From positions 3,971 through 67,970 of the forward strand of contig RFNT01000062.1 in NCBI GenBank assembly GCA_009927045.1: DNA of 64,000 bases. Direction: 5' to 3'. Position numbers and translations under genes: made by a program. Shown in pieces: positions 19,391-29,715 of this stretch. Source of the stretch: a bacterium. Lineage in GTDB: Bacteria; Bdellovibrionota; FAC87; UBA2466. Every line of letters begins with the position of its first letter. Position 1 is the stretch's first letter. The notes beneath the pieces were generated by a model, which was not told the origin of the DNA, made no database searches, and saw only the letters and a list, made by a program, of their open reading frames with translations.

Positions 19391-19425
19391 TCCGTGTTAA
19401 TCTCAATAATTCAAAGGAGAAGCCC

Positions 19426-19833
19426 ATGAGTCAGAATTTCAGAACACATGCAATCGTCTGCTTGGCGAGCCTTTTTTTAGGGTCGGTCCAGCTGAAGGCA
19501 ACTCCAACGCAAAGTCTTTTTTGCCAACACTATGTCACACAAGAAATCCCTTTTTGTGAGGTCACTTTGTTTCTAACGGAAACTGGAATGCTCGAAAAAA
19601 AGGCCTTGATTCGACATCAAGGGAGCGAGCAAACCACGTTGATTCGAAGCACAGAGACACAGCCAGGAGAAATGTTTCATTTGTTCCTAGATGCCGACAA
19701 ACCCGGCCACGAAATTGAAATGATTGTTGAGGACGAGGAAAGTGCTGAGGGTCAATGGAAAGCTGTTCTCATCAATCACGAGGTCCCCTTTGGAAAAAAA
19801 ATGTGGGGTCACTGCGAGTTTAAATCTCCTTGA
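19426..19833 (+). CDS. Hypothetical secreted protein
   Basis: N-terminal signal peptide 'AIVCLASLFLGSVQLKA'. No family recognised. Confidence 0.4.
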   Translation: MSQNFRTHAIVCLASLFLGSVQLKATPTQSLFCQHYVTQEIPFCEVTLFLTETGMLEKKALIRHQGSEQTTLIRSTETQPGEMFHLFLDADKPGHEIEMIVEDEESAEGQWKAVLINHEVPFGKKMWGHCEFKSP

Positions 19834-20720
19834 GACAGCTTTTGGGAAATAGCATAAACAATATTTTCTGCAAAAATTTTCTGCCCAGGCTCAGCAATGT
19901 GATAACAATCCACTGCAAAATATTGAGGTTGGAGCGGCAACGGCCATTGGGCCTCTAAAGTGAAAACCCGATTACCACGTTGTGTGTTTGCATTGCGTTC
20001 TTGAGCTAACCTCTCCAAAGCTGCGTTCAAAGCTTCTCCGCGGGGTTTTAAGTAGCTTTCCAAATCGCCCTGCTTGTACCTGAAATAAAAGGACGGGCAA
20101 TACGGAAAGTATTTTGTCCAAGCATCCTGACAGGTGAAGGTTTTACTCTCGCTCCGGAACCACACATGATTTTCGAGCACGGGATATAATTGATAAATAG
20201 GACTCGTGGGTACTAGAAAAGCGATAGAGTTTTGATGATTCTTGTCCCATTCTTCCAATGACTTCCTTAAATTTTGCACGAACTGCTCCACCAGTGCAGT
20301 TGCCTCTATTTTTGAGTGGCACAGATCGTTATGCCCCACAAAAAACAAACCCCAGGTGGCATGGGGAACCGGGCCTCTGAGTTTCACTTGCTCGATAATG
20401 CCCTGGCTTCGACTCCCCGAAACTGCGCCATTATGAATGCTCACGATGTCTATTCCCTGAGTTTGGAGATTTCGAGCAACCCAATGCGGCCAGGCTTTTT
20501 CAGGAGACTCAAATTGCTGGATGAGCTTGCGATTTTTTTGAATGAAGGCAAAGGCCAAATCTTTCAATAATCGACTCAGCTCTGGGAGCTCTGGAGTTTG
20601 GGTTAAGGAAGTATGGGCCAAAAATCCCGCAGTTAAAGAGTCTCCATAAGCTTCCAGATGAATGGGCGCTCCCCAACTCACGAGTGTTCCTGCGCATAAC
20701 CAAAGGAATAACAGCTTCAT
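19809..20720 (-). CDS. Secreted SGNH/GDSL-family hydrolase
   Basis: Signal peptide 'MKLLFLWLCAGTLVSWG' followed by the 'YGDSLTAG' GDSL block. The listed ORF extends to 20810 and I took the internal Met. Confidence 0.65.
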   Translation of the reverse strand: MKLLFLWLCAGTLVSWGAPIHLEAYGDSLTAGFLAHTSLTQTPELPELSRLLKDLAFAFIQKNRKLIQQFESPEKAWPHWVARNLQTQGIDIVSIHNGAVSGSRSQGIIEQVKLRGPVPHATWGLFFVGHNDLCHSKIEATALVEQFVQNLRKSLEEWDKNHQNSIAFLVPTSPIYQLYPVLENHVWFRSESKTFTCQDAWTKYFPYCPSFYFRYKQGDLESYLKPRGEALNAALERLAQERNANTQRGNRVFTLEAQWPLPLQPQYFAVDCYHIAEPGQKIFAENIVYAISQKLSQGDLNSQ

Positions 20721-20825
20721 AATGCGCCATGTTAGATCAGGGGCAAGTTTCTGACAAGACCCCATTTGCCGTTTGGTTATAGATTCGTTAGTCTTTGCCA
20801 TATCAATCACTTAACTGAGGATTCC

Positions 20826-21083
20826 GAAATGCGCTTGCGAAACCTGGTAGTTGTTTGGATGGGGTTTTTAAGCTGTTTAGTCAGTGCCAATGAGCCGGGC
20901 TCTGCACCGGCGCCTGCCGAACCCGTCACCCCTTCGCAATCAATTGAGAACCCAACGGTTCCGCAGCTAAAAACCAAAAAAACACGGATCCCGGCAAAGA
21001 AAAAGAAAGCAGCACCAACGACTGCACAACCTGCAGCGCCCTCGGCGGAAGAAGAGGCTCCAGTAGCACCTCCCGTTTATTAG
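20826..21083 (+). CDS. Small secreted Pro/Ala/Lys-rich protein
   Basis: Signal peptide 'MRLRNLVVVWMGFLSCLVSA' followed by a low-complexity PAPAEP..KKKKAAPT region. Confidence 0.4.
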   Translation, partial: EMRLRNLVVVWMGFLSCLVSANEPGSAPAPAEPVTPSQSIENPTVPQLKTKKTRIPAKKKKAAPTTAQPAAPSAEEEAPVAPPVY

Positions 21084-21107
21084 ATTTTTAGTTTGCTCTC
21101 TGGAGCA

Positions 21108-21151
21108 ACCGGGCCCAACTTCGAAGACTTCTTCGGGTTGGGCCCTTTTTA
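21108..21151 (+). terminator. Rho-independent terminator
   Basis: 'CCGGGCCCAAC ttcgaagacttcttcg GTTGGGCCC TTTTT' immediately after the stop at 21083. Confidence 0.55.
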
Positions 21152-21222
21152 TTGCGCGGCATCATGAGCCCTCGTTTTTATTGGGTTTTTGACCGATAAG
21201 TTCTCTGGGGGAGAATCTCTCG

Positions 21223-23610
21223 GTGCAAGTATTTTGGTCAAAACTCAAGAAATGGAATGAGCTCATCCTGCAAGCCATCCAGGTTTTTGCGCGAGCCTAC
21301 GAGGGCGATACTTCTGAACTTTTGAAAGAAGGTAAAAAAAGTAGACGCCAATTAGTGGCCCGTTTTGCTTACTGTGGTGCATTTGCGTTTCTGATTGCCT
21401 TCATTGTGGGTCGTAGCCATCAAGCAGCGCTCCCTTCCCCTTTGCCACGTCTGGGTGAGTTTGCAGAAAAAAATCTAGTTTCTCCACTGACTGTTGAAAT
21501 TGAGCCCCGCGAGGCTTCACCCCAAGAACGAGAAGCTCTTGCTAAAAGAGTACCGCCTATTTTTGATTATGACGACGCAGTCACTTCCCACTGGATTGCA
21601 CAGTGGAAAAAAGCATTTAAAACTTTACGAACCGAGTACTACAAGTCGGATTCGAAAAAAACAACTCTCACGCCCTCCGAATTAGTAACTCAAACTCTGG
21701 TTGAAATCACAGGACAGCCGATTTCCGCCAAGGGCCTCATTTTCTTACATCAAAATGCCTTTAACAAAGAGGTGGAGGAAACGTTCGTCAAAACCGCCTC
21801 CTACCTCAAAGAACGTTTGATCACTGAACTGGACCTTTTTCCCCTTCACTACAGCACTGGAATTATTGTTCGACAAATCAATCACAACTTACATGAAGTC
21901 CCCATTCAGGACGTATCAAAAGTTTGGAGTTTGGAGCAAGCTCGAGATGTGATCTTGCATGTCCCTCAATTGCTAAAAGAACCCTCCAAAAAAATCTCAG
22001 TTCCGATATCGCAGCTGGTGGCAGACCTCCTTCAACCCAATTTAGTCTTCAATCATGCTCTGAGTTCCAAACGAGTTGAAGCCTTTCTGGCAAGTACGCG
22101 CCCTCCCATGGTAGCCCTCAAGGAGGGACAAATCCTTGTTGCTCGAGGAGAGCGTATCACCGAGCAAAACTTAGAAGTGCTCCGAGCCCTTCAGGAACTG
22201 AGCTCTCCAAGTTCTCGCCTGAAAAGATTTGCCCTCACTTTTGTGATCTTTTTTGTATTCCTGAGTTTGTTGTTTAACATGGGAATATCCCCTAAAACCT
22301 TCTGGACACTCCCCCTCAAAGACTCCCTGCTCTTCATGTTGTCGGTCAGTGGCTCAATGGCTTTGCTTAAATTATTTTACTTGGTAGGACAATCTCAATT
22401 CTCATCACTCATGGATGGATATGGTCTCGAATACCTCATCCCTGTTTCTAGCGGCGGGATCATCATCAGCCTGCTCATGGGAAAAACTGCTGCCTATACT
22501 TACGCGATGGCTATCAGCACGATAGTCGGCTACATGCTGGATCAGCATTTTTTCTTCAGTGTTTGGTCTTTTACTGTTAACGCCACCGCCATTGAGTCGA
22601 TCAAATCCTACAAACAACGTTCTGATCTGCTCAAAACCGGAGTCCTTTCAGGGGCTGCAGGGTCAATTGTTGTTCTAGCTTTCAGTTTAATCAACGTGAT
22701 GGGGTTTAGGAATCCCATTTGGTCCGAGATTCTCATCTGTGTCACTCTATCCTTTTTATCTGGTATTCTTTCCTCCGGTCTTTCGGGGCTCCTGATTCCT
22801 CTTTTAGAATCAGCTTTTGGTTACACAACTAGCTTAAAGTTGCTAGAGCTTTCCAACTTCAACCACCCCCTCCTACATAACCTCATGATGAAGGCACCGG
22901 GCACTTATCATCACTCCGTGATTGTGGGTAGCTTGGCGGAATTAGCAGCGGATCAAATTGGGGCTAATGCTCTTTTAGCTCGTGTATCCGCGTATTATCA
23001 CGACATTGGCAAAATGACGAAACCACTTTACTTTATTGAAAACCAAGCCCCCAACCACAATCCTCACGATCATTTGGCCCCTCACATGTCTGCCAAAATA
23101 CTTTTTGCCCATGTTAAAAATGGTGTTCGTCTTGGAAAGGAACACAAACTTGGAGATTCCATCAACAATATTATTGAACAACATCACGGTACAACACTGG
23201 CAAACTACTTTTTCAACAAGGCCAAGCATCTCGCGACTCAGTCCGAGGACTCCACAGCTCCTCACGAAGCGGACTTTAGATATCCCGGCCCAAAACCCCA
23301 ATCGCGAGAGGCCGGTATCGTGATGATGGCGGATGCTTGTGAAGCAGCTACTCGAAGTATTGCGGAGCCTACTCCAAGCAAGATTCAGGCAATGGTCCAT
23401 GGCATCATTCAAAAGCGTTTCATTGAGGAGCAATTCACAGATTGTGATTTAACTCAAAAGGAACTGAAACTGATTGAAGATACTTTCACCCGAACTCTCA
23501 CTTCGTTATACCACCATCGCATTGAATACCCGGGACAGAAAAACATGATCGACCCGATTCCAGAGGCTGCAAAAGTGAGCAGTTCCACTTCCCCTAAGCG
23601 AGTGGGATGA
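21223..23610 (+). CDS. 7TM receptor with intracellular HD/HDIG phosphohydrolase domain (YqfF / COG1480 family)
   Basis: Multiple TM helices followed by 'YHHSVIVGSLAELAA...YYHDIGKMTKPLYFIENQ...IIEQHHGTTLANYF'. Its position directly upstream of ybeY is conserved. Confidence 0.8.
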   Translation: MQVFWSKLKKWNELILQAIQVFARAYEGDTSELLKEGKKSRRQLVARFAYCGAFAFLIAFIVGRSHQAALPSPLPRLGEFAEKNLVSPLTVEIEPREASPQEREALAKRVPPIFDYDDAVTSHWIAQWKKAFKTLRTEYYKSDSKKTTLTPSELVTQTLVEITGQPISAKGLIFLHQNAFNKEVEETFVKTASYLKERLITELDLFPLHYSTGIIVRQINHNLHEVPIQDVSKVWSLEQARDVILHVPQLLKEPSKKISVPISQLVADLLQPNLVFNHALSSKRVEAFLASTRPPMVALKEGQILVARGERITEQNLEVLRALQELSSPSSRLKRFALTFVIFFVFLSLLFNMGISPKTFWTLPLKDSLLFMLSVSGSMALLKLFYLVGQSQFSSLMDGYGLEYLIPVSSGGIIISLLMGKTAAYTYAMAISTIVGYMLDQHFFFSVWSFTVNATAIESIKSYKQRSDLLKTGVLSGAAGSIVVLAFSLINVMGFRNPIWSEILICVTLSFLSGILSSGLSGLLIPLLESAFGYTTSLKLLELSNFNHPLLHNLMMKAPGTYHHSVIVGSLAELAADQIGANALLARVSAYYHDIGKMTKPLYFIENQAPNHNPHDHLAPHMSAKILFAHVKNGVRLGKEHKLGDSINNIIEQHHGTTLANYFFNKAKHLATQSEDSTAPHEADFRYPGPKPQSREAGIVMMADACEAATRSIAEPTPSKIQAMVHGIIQKRFIEEQFTDCDLTQKELKLIEDTFTRTLTSLYHHRIEYPGQKNMIDPIPEAAKVSSSTSPKRVG

Positions 23611-23611
23611 T

Positions 23612-24097
23612 ATGAAGTTCCATTTAGCTCTGAGCGCTCCCCCGTCAATCACACCCTTTTATAAAAGCCGCTTAAGAGGTGCTGTTCGCGCTACTCTCCA
23701 TCATTTTTCGGATGCGTTTTTCCTAAAAAAGTACGGAAAAATTAAAACCATTTCCATTTCAGTTGCTGTTATTGGCAATTCTCAAATGAAATCGCTCAAT
23801 CTGAAGTACCGGAAGAAAGCGGCAACCACGGATGTTCTTTCGTTTCCAGGATCTCACCTCACCAATGCATTCGCCGCTATAGAATTAGGGGATGTTGTTA
23901 TTTGCCTGCCCAAAGCACGACAACAAGCAATGGATTATGGCGAACCTCTCAGTCGCGAATTGGAACGCTTAGCTGTGCACGGCGTGCTTCACTTGTTAGG
24001 CTTCGACCATGAAAAAAACAAGCGCGAAGAGAAGAAAATGTTTTTGCTCCAGGACCGCATTCTCAGGAAGCTCTCAAAAAATCACTTAAAGACATGA
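23612..24097 (+). CDS. ybeY: Endoribonuclease YbeY (rRNA maturation factor)
   Basis: 'HGVLHLLGFDHE' metal-binding motif; 161 aa. Confidence 0.85.
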   Translation: MKFHLALSAPPSITPFYKSRLRGAVRATLHHFSDAFFLKKYGKIKTISISVAVIGNSQMKSLNLKYRKKAATTDVLSFPGSHLTNAFAAIELGDVVICLPKARQQAMDYGEPLSRELERLAVHGVLHLLGFDHEKNKREEKKMFLLQDRILRKLSKNHLKT

Positions 24098-25306
24098 TCA
24101 AGATTCTCGAATGGCTTCAATGGTGTTGAGTTGAGCTGCTCGAGAAGCAGGATAGAGAGTCGCTAAGGCGATCAGCACAGTAGCCACCCCATAAATGGTC
24201 AATAAAGATAATGGTCGAATTTCTACGGGGATAGTTCGATCGTAGTAAATTTCTGGCAATTGATAAAATGAGAAATATTTCACATACAAAACAAACAATA
24301 GCGTTAATAAAGCTCCCAAACTCAGTCCCACGGCACCCATGAAAGCGCCTTCCCATAAAAAGATTCTGTTGATTTGTTTCTGAGTAGCTCCCAAAGCTCT
24401 TAAAATACCAATGTTTTTCTTTTTGTGAGCAACATTCATCGTCAGTGTGATCACGACGTTCATCACTGCAATTAAAATTGAAAATGAAAGGATCAAAAAC
24501 ATCGAATATTGCTCAAGCTGCAAACTTTGAAACAAAGCCGAATTAAAAGTTTTCCAACTCTTAACTTCCAGTTCCCGTGGTACTAATTCTTGCATCTTTG
24601 AAGCTACGGCTTCTGCGGCATCCACCGAATGAGTCCACACTTGCCAACCTGATAAAGACTGATCCAATCCGAGCAACTCTTGAGCATCTTCTAGGGGCAT
24701 AATGAGGTATTGCTCATCAAAATCATAATGACCGGAAGAGAAGAATCCAGATATTGAGAAAACCTGACTCTGGGGAATCAATCCTAAGGCTCCCCCCCTT
24801 TCTAAAGGAGAGATCAACTGCACAGCATCTCCCACGGATAAACCCATCCGCTCCGCCAATTCACTTCCCACTACCATCTGGGGAGAATCTTCATTGAGAA
24901 CAGGCCATTGGCCCTCCTTCACCTTAAAATGAAGCTGTACCATTTCTGAAGTGGGAATGCCCCACACCACAGCCCCGACACTGCGCTTCTCCGCCTTGAG
25001 AATCATTTCATTCTGTACGTAGGGAATTACTTTTTTTACTCCAGGTACCGCTCGCAAAGCAGGCTCGATTGAAATCGAAGTCCCCGGAATGACCTTTCCA
25101 TCCCCGGAATTGATAAGGATATGAGGATAAGCATTTAAAACTTTATCTTTCAGAGCTCCCTCAAAACCATACATCACCGACAGAAGAGAACTCATAGCTC
25201 CTACGCCCACCCCAATAGCAAGCCAAGCAAAGAGGGTCATGGGGCTGAACGTGCCCCGCTCGGTACCCTTTAATAAAAAACGCCAAGCTATAAATCGAAC
25301 AGCCAC
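24098..25306 (-). CDS. Lipoprotein-releasing system permease, LolC/LolE family (FtsX-like ABC permease)
   Basis: N-terminal TM helix, a large periplasmic domain, and a C-terminal FtsX 4-TM bundle 'GILRALGATQKQINRIFLWEG'. Confidence 0.7.
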   Translation of the reverse strand: MAVRFIAWRFLLKGTERGTFSPMTLFAWLAIGVGVGAMSSLLSVMYGFEGALKDKVLNAYPHILINSGDGKVIPGTSISIEPALRAVPGVKKVIPYVQNEMILKAEKRSVGAVVWGIPTSEMVQLHFKVKEGQWPVLNEDSPQMVVGSELAERMGLSVGDAVQLISPLERGGALGLIPQSQVFSISGFFSSGHYDFDEQYLIMPLEDAQELLGLDQSLSGWQVWTHSVDAAEAVASKMQELVPRELEVKSWKTFNSALFQSLQLEQYSMFLILSFSILIAVMNVVITLTMNVAHKKKNIGILRALGATQKQINRIFLWEGAFMGAVGLSLGALLTLLFVLYVKYFSFYQLPEIYYDRTIPVEIRPLSLLTIYGVATVLIALATLYPASRAAQLNTIEAIRES

Positions 25307-25779
25307 TAAGGGGAGCCCTCAATAATCGGAGGAATCACTCCCTCACCTTCTTCTAAGGGGGGAGGCGCTTCAAAAGGCGCTGGATTCTGATCGCCCTCAA
25401 AGTATTCCGGGGGAGGTTCCGATTCTGGATAAGGATAAACCGGAGGGGGTGGAGGTGGCACACTCGTTTCAGAGGATGGAGATTCTGATGGAATGGGAGG
25501 CGGAACCAAGCTTTCCGTGGATTCAGTAGGAGACCCCATATCCATCCGAGGGGATGGTCCAGGTTCTTGAGAGGAACGGGGTCCAGGCAACCGATTTTGC
25601 TGGGGGGATTCCGGCTTTACAGGAGGCGGAACAGGTGGAGGCGGCACAGACTCAGGCGCTCCTTCTGGGCTGAAGGCTTGCATCTCACTTGAAGGCGCTT
25701 GAGGTTTAGGTTTTTTCCAAAGGTAAAAAGAACCTAAAGCAGTTAAACCAAACAGAAGAAGCCACATCCAGGGTTTCAT
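25306..25779 (-). CDS. Membrane-anchored proline-rich protein (TonB-like N-terminal architecture without a recognisable C-terminal domain)
   Basis: N-terminal TM helix followed by PPPPVPPPVKPE... low-complexity sequence. Its stop overlaps the lolE-like start. Confidence 0.4.
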   Translation of the reverse strand: MKPWMWLLLFGLTALGSFYLWKKPKPQAPSSEMQAFSPEGAPESVPPPPVPPPVKPESPQQNRLPGPRSSQEPGPSPRMDMGSPTESTESLVPPPIPSESPSSETSVPPPPPPVYPYPESEPPPEYFEGDQNPAPFEAPPPLEEGEGVIPPIIEGSP

Positions 25780-25815
25780 ACTGAAACTATAGGCGATTAG
25801 TGCTATAGATGCTAT

Positions 25816-27423
25816 ATGGAAAAATCAATGAGCACTTCAGAATTACCCACAGTCCATTGGGCAGATCATGCTGCTGACGCTTTAGTTGCCAAGCATCCTC
25901 AAAAAACGACTTTTGTGTGCGCCTCAGGAATCTCCCCCAGTGGTGTAGTTCATATTGGTAATTTTCGTGAGGTGATTACAGTTGATTTTGTGGTCCGAGC
26001 TCTCAAAAGCAAAGGTAAGGATGTGCGCTTTATTTATAGTTGGGATGACTACGATGCCTTAAGAAAAGTACCAGCGAATTTACCGAATCAAGAGCTCATT
26101 GAGAAAAATTTGAGACGCCCTCTTTCGAACATTCCGGACCCTTTTGGAACCGAAGCTTCTTATGCCCAACATTTCGAGAGAAAATTTGAAAAGGAAATTC
26201 AACAGCTAGGGATCACCCCTCATTTTATTTATCAAAATGAGCAATATCGCGCATGCAAATACCATCAGGGCATTCAAACTGCTTTACGAAACGAAAAGGC
26301 CATTGCTCAGATCTTGAATCGGTCTCGAACCGAACCTTTACCGCAGAACTGGTCTTGTTTGAGCATCTTTTGCAAAACGTGTGGTAAAGACACTACAGAA
26401 GTACTGAGTTTCCAGGAACCTTCCACGGTCCAATACGCCTGCAAGTCATGCAAACGCCAGGACCAAATCGATTTCACACGAGAAGCAGGAGTGAAACTTC
26501 TGTGGAGAGTAGATTGGCCAATGCGTTGGGCGCATGAAGGTGTCGATTTTGAACCGGGTGGCAAAGACCACTCATCGCAAGGTGGCTCATATGATACCGG
26601 GTGTGAAATCGTCCGTGAAATTTGGAAAAGAGAACCGCCTTTTTATGTTCAGTATGATTTTGTCTTAGCAAAAGGAGTGGGATCCAAACTTTCTTCCTCT
26701 TCTGGAAATTTAATTACGTTGGGACAAGCGCTCGAAATTTACGAACCCGCAATTATTCGGTACTTATTCGCAAGCAGAAAACCAAATTTAGATTTTTCTA
26801 TCGCGTTTGATCTCGACGTGATGAAAGCCTATGACGATTTCGATCGCTGCGAACGAATTGCATTCGGAGCGGAGAAGGTCGATGAGAAAAAGTTGAATTA
26901 TGAGAAGCGAATTTATGACTTCTCACGAATCGAAACTGCCGCATTAACTCAAGACATGCCCACACAATTCCCATTCCGGCATCTCTGTAATTTATTGCAA
27001 ATCCAGGAAGGCGACTTGGAAAAAACCAAGCTATTCTATCAAGCGCAGATTAAGACACCCCAAGATGAGCAGCGCTATTATTCACGCGCGCACAGAGCTT
27101 GGAAATGGATCAGTGAATATGCTCCGACTGAATTTAGATTCACTCTACAAACCAATCCTCAAGTAAAAACGGCTTTTCCCCAAGTGATGACTGGTTTAAT
27201 TGCTCTTCTGAAAGAAATGCCACCCCAAGTGAGCGAAGAAGAATTGGCCAATCGAACATGGGAAATCATGAAAGCGCACCAAATCGAAGGAAAAGTTTTC
27301 TTTAAAGATATTTATCAAATCCTGGTTTCAAAACCGAATGGACCTAAACTGGCTTCTTTTTTGTTGGCCATAGGGACCAAACGAGCAGCCGAGATACTCC
27401 AAAAAGCCCTGCCTGAATCCTAA
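25816..27423 (+). CDS. lysK: Lysyl-tRNA synthetase, class I
   Basis: 'SPSGVVHIGNFREV' HIGH-type motif, a 'KLSSSSG' KMSKS-like motif and Cys clusters typical of class-I LysRS; 535 aa. Confidence 0.8.
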   Translation: MEKSMSTSELPTVHWADHAADALVAKHPQKTTFVCASGISPSGVVHIGNFREVITVDFVVRALKSKGKDVRFIYSWDDYDALRKVPANLPNQELIEKNLRRPLSNIPDPFGTEASYAQHFERKFEKEIQQLGITPHFIYQNEQYRACKYHQGIQTALRNEKAIAQILNRSRTEPLPQNWSCLSIFCKTCGKDTTEVLSFQEPSTVQYACKSCKRQDQIDFTREAGVKLLWRVDWPMRWAHEGVDFEPGGKDHSSQGGSYDTGCEIVREIWKREPPFYVQYDFVLAKGVGSKLSSSSGNLITLGQALEIYEPAIIRYLFASRKPNLDFSIAFDLDVMKAYDDFDRCERIAFGAEKVDEKKLNYEKRIYDFSRIETAALTQDMPTQFPFRHLCNLLQIQEGDLEKTKLFYQAQIKTPQDEQRYYSRAHRAWKWISEYAPTEFRFTLQTNPQVKTAFPQVMTGLIALLKEMPPQVSEEELANRTWEIMKAHQIEGKVFFKDIYQILVSKPNGPKLASFLLAIGTKRAAEILQKALPES

Positions 27424-27433
27424 CTTTGAAAAC

Positions 27434-27721
27434 CTACCAGTAGCCTGTTGTGACCGAGCAATCCCCTTGAACGCGGGCCATACAGCTGATCCGTTCATTG
27501 GCTCCTCGGGAATCACGTCGAAGCAACTTCATCTCATGGTCACTGGGTACACTCAAATTCTGTGCGCCCTGCATTACTTTCATCACACATTTCCCACAAA
27601 CGGCCTCCGCACTGCAAGAGGAGGCTACTGGGAGACCAGCTCTACACGCAGCATCAAATAGAAGTGTGTCAAAAGGGACTTCTAGAGTAATTTGATTTGG
27701 TTCTAGCGTCACAATGGGCAT
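27434..27721 (-). CDS. 2Fe-2S ferredoxin-like protein
   Basis: 'SSCSAEAVCGKC ... ISCMARV' gives the Cys-x5-Cys-x2-Cys...Cys spacing; 95 aa. Confidence 0.5.
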   Translation of the reverse strand: MPIVTLEPNQITLEVPFDTLLFDAACRAGLPVASSCSAEAVCGKCVMKVMQGAQNLSVPSDHEMKLLRRDSRGANERISCMARVQGDCSVTTGYW

Positions 27722-27784
27722 ATCGAAAATCCTTTGAATTAGCTAAAATAAATAAAATCTTACCTCTAAACCAGAGAGCTCCCC

Positions 27785-28831
27785 ATGCAAAATTTAGAAA
27801 CTGGCTTTGCATCCACAACTCAAGGCCCTACGGATACCCAAAAGATTCAAATAGAGGAGGATGCGGCAGCGCTTAAAGCGGTCATGACTGAAGTCAGCAA
27901 AGTGATTGTGGGGCAAGAGGCTATGATCCGCTCATTGCTTCTAGGCTTGCTGACTGATGGCCACGTCTTACTTGAAGGACTCCCAGGTTTAGCAAAAACT
28001 TTAGCTGTAAAAAGTTTAGCCTCTGTACTGCAGGCCAAATTTCAGCGGATCCAATTTACCCCAGATCTACTGCCCAGTGATTTAGTGGGTACGATGATCT
28101 ACCAGCAAGAGACGCACCAGTTTATTCCTAGAAAAGGTCCCATTTTTGCCCATCTCGTTTTGGCAGATGAGATCAATAGAGCTCCTGCCAAAGTTCAAAG
28201 TGCATTGCTCGAGGCGATGGCAGAGCGACAAGTCACTATCGGAGAGACCACCTTCCCGTTGCAATCTCCATTTTTAGTTCTTGCGACGCAAAATCCCATC
28301 GAACAAGAGGGAACTTATCCCCTTCCCGAAGCCCAACTGGATCGTTTCCTGTTTAAGGTAAAAGTGGGGTATCCCAATCGACAAGAAGAAAAACTGATCA
28401 TTGAACGCATGGGCTCTGCCCAAACTCCGTCCACCCGGCAAATTCTCTCTACGGGACAAGTGCTGCAAATGAAGGAACACCTCAAATGGATATACACAGA
28501 TGCCCGAATTGAGGATTATATTCTTAGATTAGTTCTGAGTACTCGCAGAGAAATTCCACTTGAAGCTCACGAAGCCGATCTTTCGCAACTTAAAGATATT
28601 CGTGCCTCTATACGCATTGGAGCTTCTCCGCGAGCTTCTTTATTTCTTTACCGTGCAAGCCGAGCCCATGCCTTTTTGAACAACCGGCTCTTTGTGACAC
28701 CAGATGATGTCAAATCGGTTGCTTTTGAAGTTCTCAGACACCGTCTCATTCTCACTTTTGATGCAGAGGCTAGAGGCTTGAATACTGATCAAATCATTTC
28801 TCAGCTTCTTAATACGGTTACGATTCCCTAG
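27785..28831 (+). CDS. moxR: MoxR-family AAA+ ATPase
   Basis: Walker A 'GLPGLAKT', 'VLADEINRAPAKVQSALLEAMAERQVTI'. It is the first gene of a bat-type operon. Confidence 0.85.
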   Translation: MQNLETGFASTTQGPTDTQKIQIEEDAAALKAVMTEVSKVIVGQEAMIRSLLLGLLTDGHVLLEGLPGLAKTLAVKSLASVLQAKFQRIQFTPDLLPSDLVGTMIYQQETHQFIPRKGPIFAHLVLADEINRAPAKVQSALLEAMAERQVTIGETTFPLQSPFLVLATQNPIEQEGTYPLPEAQLDRFLFKVKVGYPNRQEEKLIIERMGSAQTPSTRQILSTGQVLQMKEHLKWIYTDARIEDYILRLVLSTRREIPLEAHEADLSQLKDIRASIRIGASPRASLFLYRASRAHAFLNNRLFVTPDDVKSVAFEVLRHRLILTFDAEARGLNTDQIISQLLNTVTIP

Positions 28832-28836
28832 AGCAC

Positions 28837-29715
28837 ATGAATACTCAGTTTCATTTCCGGTCCGAACTCATCCACGCTATTGATCTGCTTGAGCTCAAAC
28901 CAAAACAGCGGCTGGCATCTCCTTTTGTAGGAGAACACGAGAGTCACTCGCGTGGCGCAGGGATGCACTTCAAGGAATTCCGTCCCTATGAATTTGGGGA
29001 TGATATTCGCCACATCAGCTGGACCACCACTGCTCGCACTGGGAAACCCACATTAAAAGTTTACGATGAAGAACGAGAAATCCATGTCTTTATTATAGTG
29101 GACATCAGCGGTTCTTCTCTGTTTGGTTCTGGGAATCGACGTAAAATAGATATGTATGCCGAGGTCGTGGCACTCGTCGCAATGAGTGCCCTCAAGTATA
29201 ACTATCGATTTGGATCCGTCTTTGCTGATTCTGAGGTTCAGTCTTTTTCTCCTCCGACCAGAAAAAAGGAAGAAATTTTATCCGGAATCAATCAGCTTCA
29301 GACGCTTAACCTGCAAAAAAGACAAAGTGATCTTCGACCTGCACTTCAGCTGTGTAATCGATTACTCAAACACAAGACACTTCTGATCATCCTCTCGGAC
29401 TTCATTGTTCCTGCTTTTCAAGCTGAATTGCATGCTCTGAGCACCCGACATGAAATTATTTTAATGCAGGGATATGACGACTCTGAAAGATTCTTGTCTA
29501 GCAAAGGTATTTCAGAAATTTGCGATCCGGAGACAGGTCAGTTTTTTGTTATGGATTCAGAATCCCCCTTTTGCAGAAAAGCAGTTCAATCTTATTATGC
29601 AACTTTTTTACTAAACCTCGAAAAAGTCGCACAGCAATGCCGTGCCGACTTTCTTCCATTGAGCGTACAAGATGACTACCTTCAAAGAGTGGTTCATTTT
29701 TTTAATGAACGCTAA
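28837..29715 (+). CDS. DUF58 family protein (vWA-like partner of MoxR)
   Basis: 'FKEFRPYEFGDDIRHISWTTTARTGKPTLKVYDEERE' DUF58 signature. Confidence 0.8.
   Translation: MNTQFHFRSELIHAIDLLELKPKQRLASPFVGEHESHSRGAGMHFKEFRPYEFGDDIRHISWTTTARTGKPTLKVYDEEREIHVFIIVDISGSSLFGSGNRRKIDMYAEVVALVAMSALKYNYRFGSVFADSEVQSFSPPTRKKEEILSGINQLQTLNLQKRQSDLRPALQLCNRLLKHKTLLIILSDFIVPAFQAELHALSTRHEIILMQGYDDSERFLSSKGISEICDPETGQFFVMDSESPFCRKAVQSYYATFLLNLEKVAQQCRADFLPLSVQDDYLQRVVHFFNER

Noticed and set aside
21494-23433. Internal ORFs 21494..21685, 22405..22617, 22975..23433, 23036..23323
   Set aside because: Contained within the 7TM-HD gene, in other frames or antisense.
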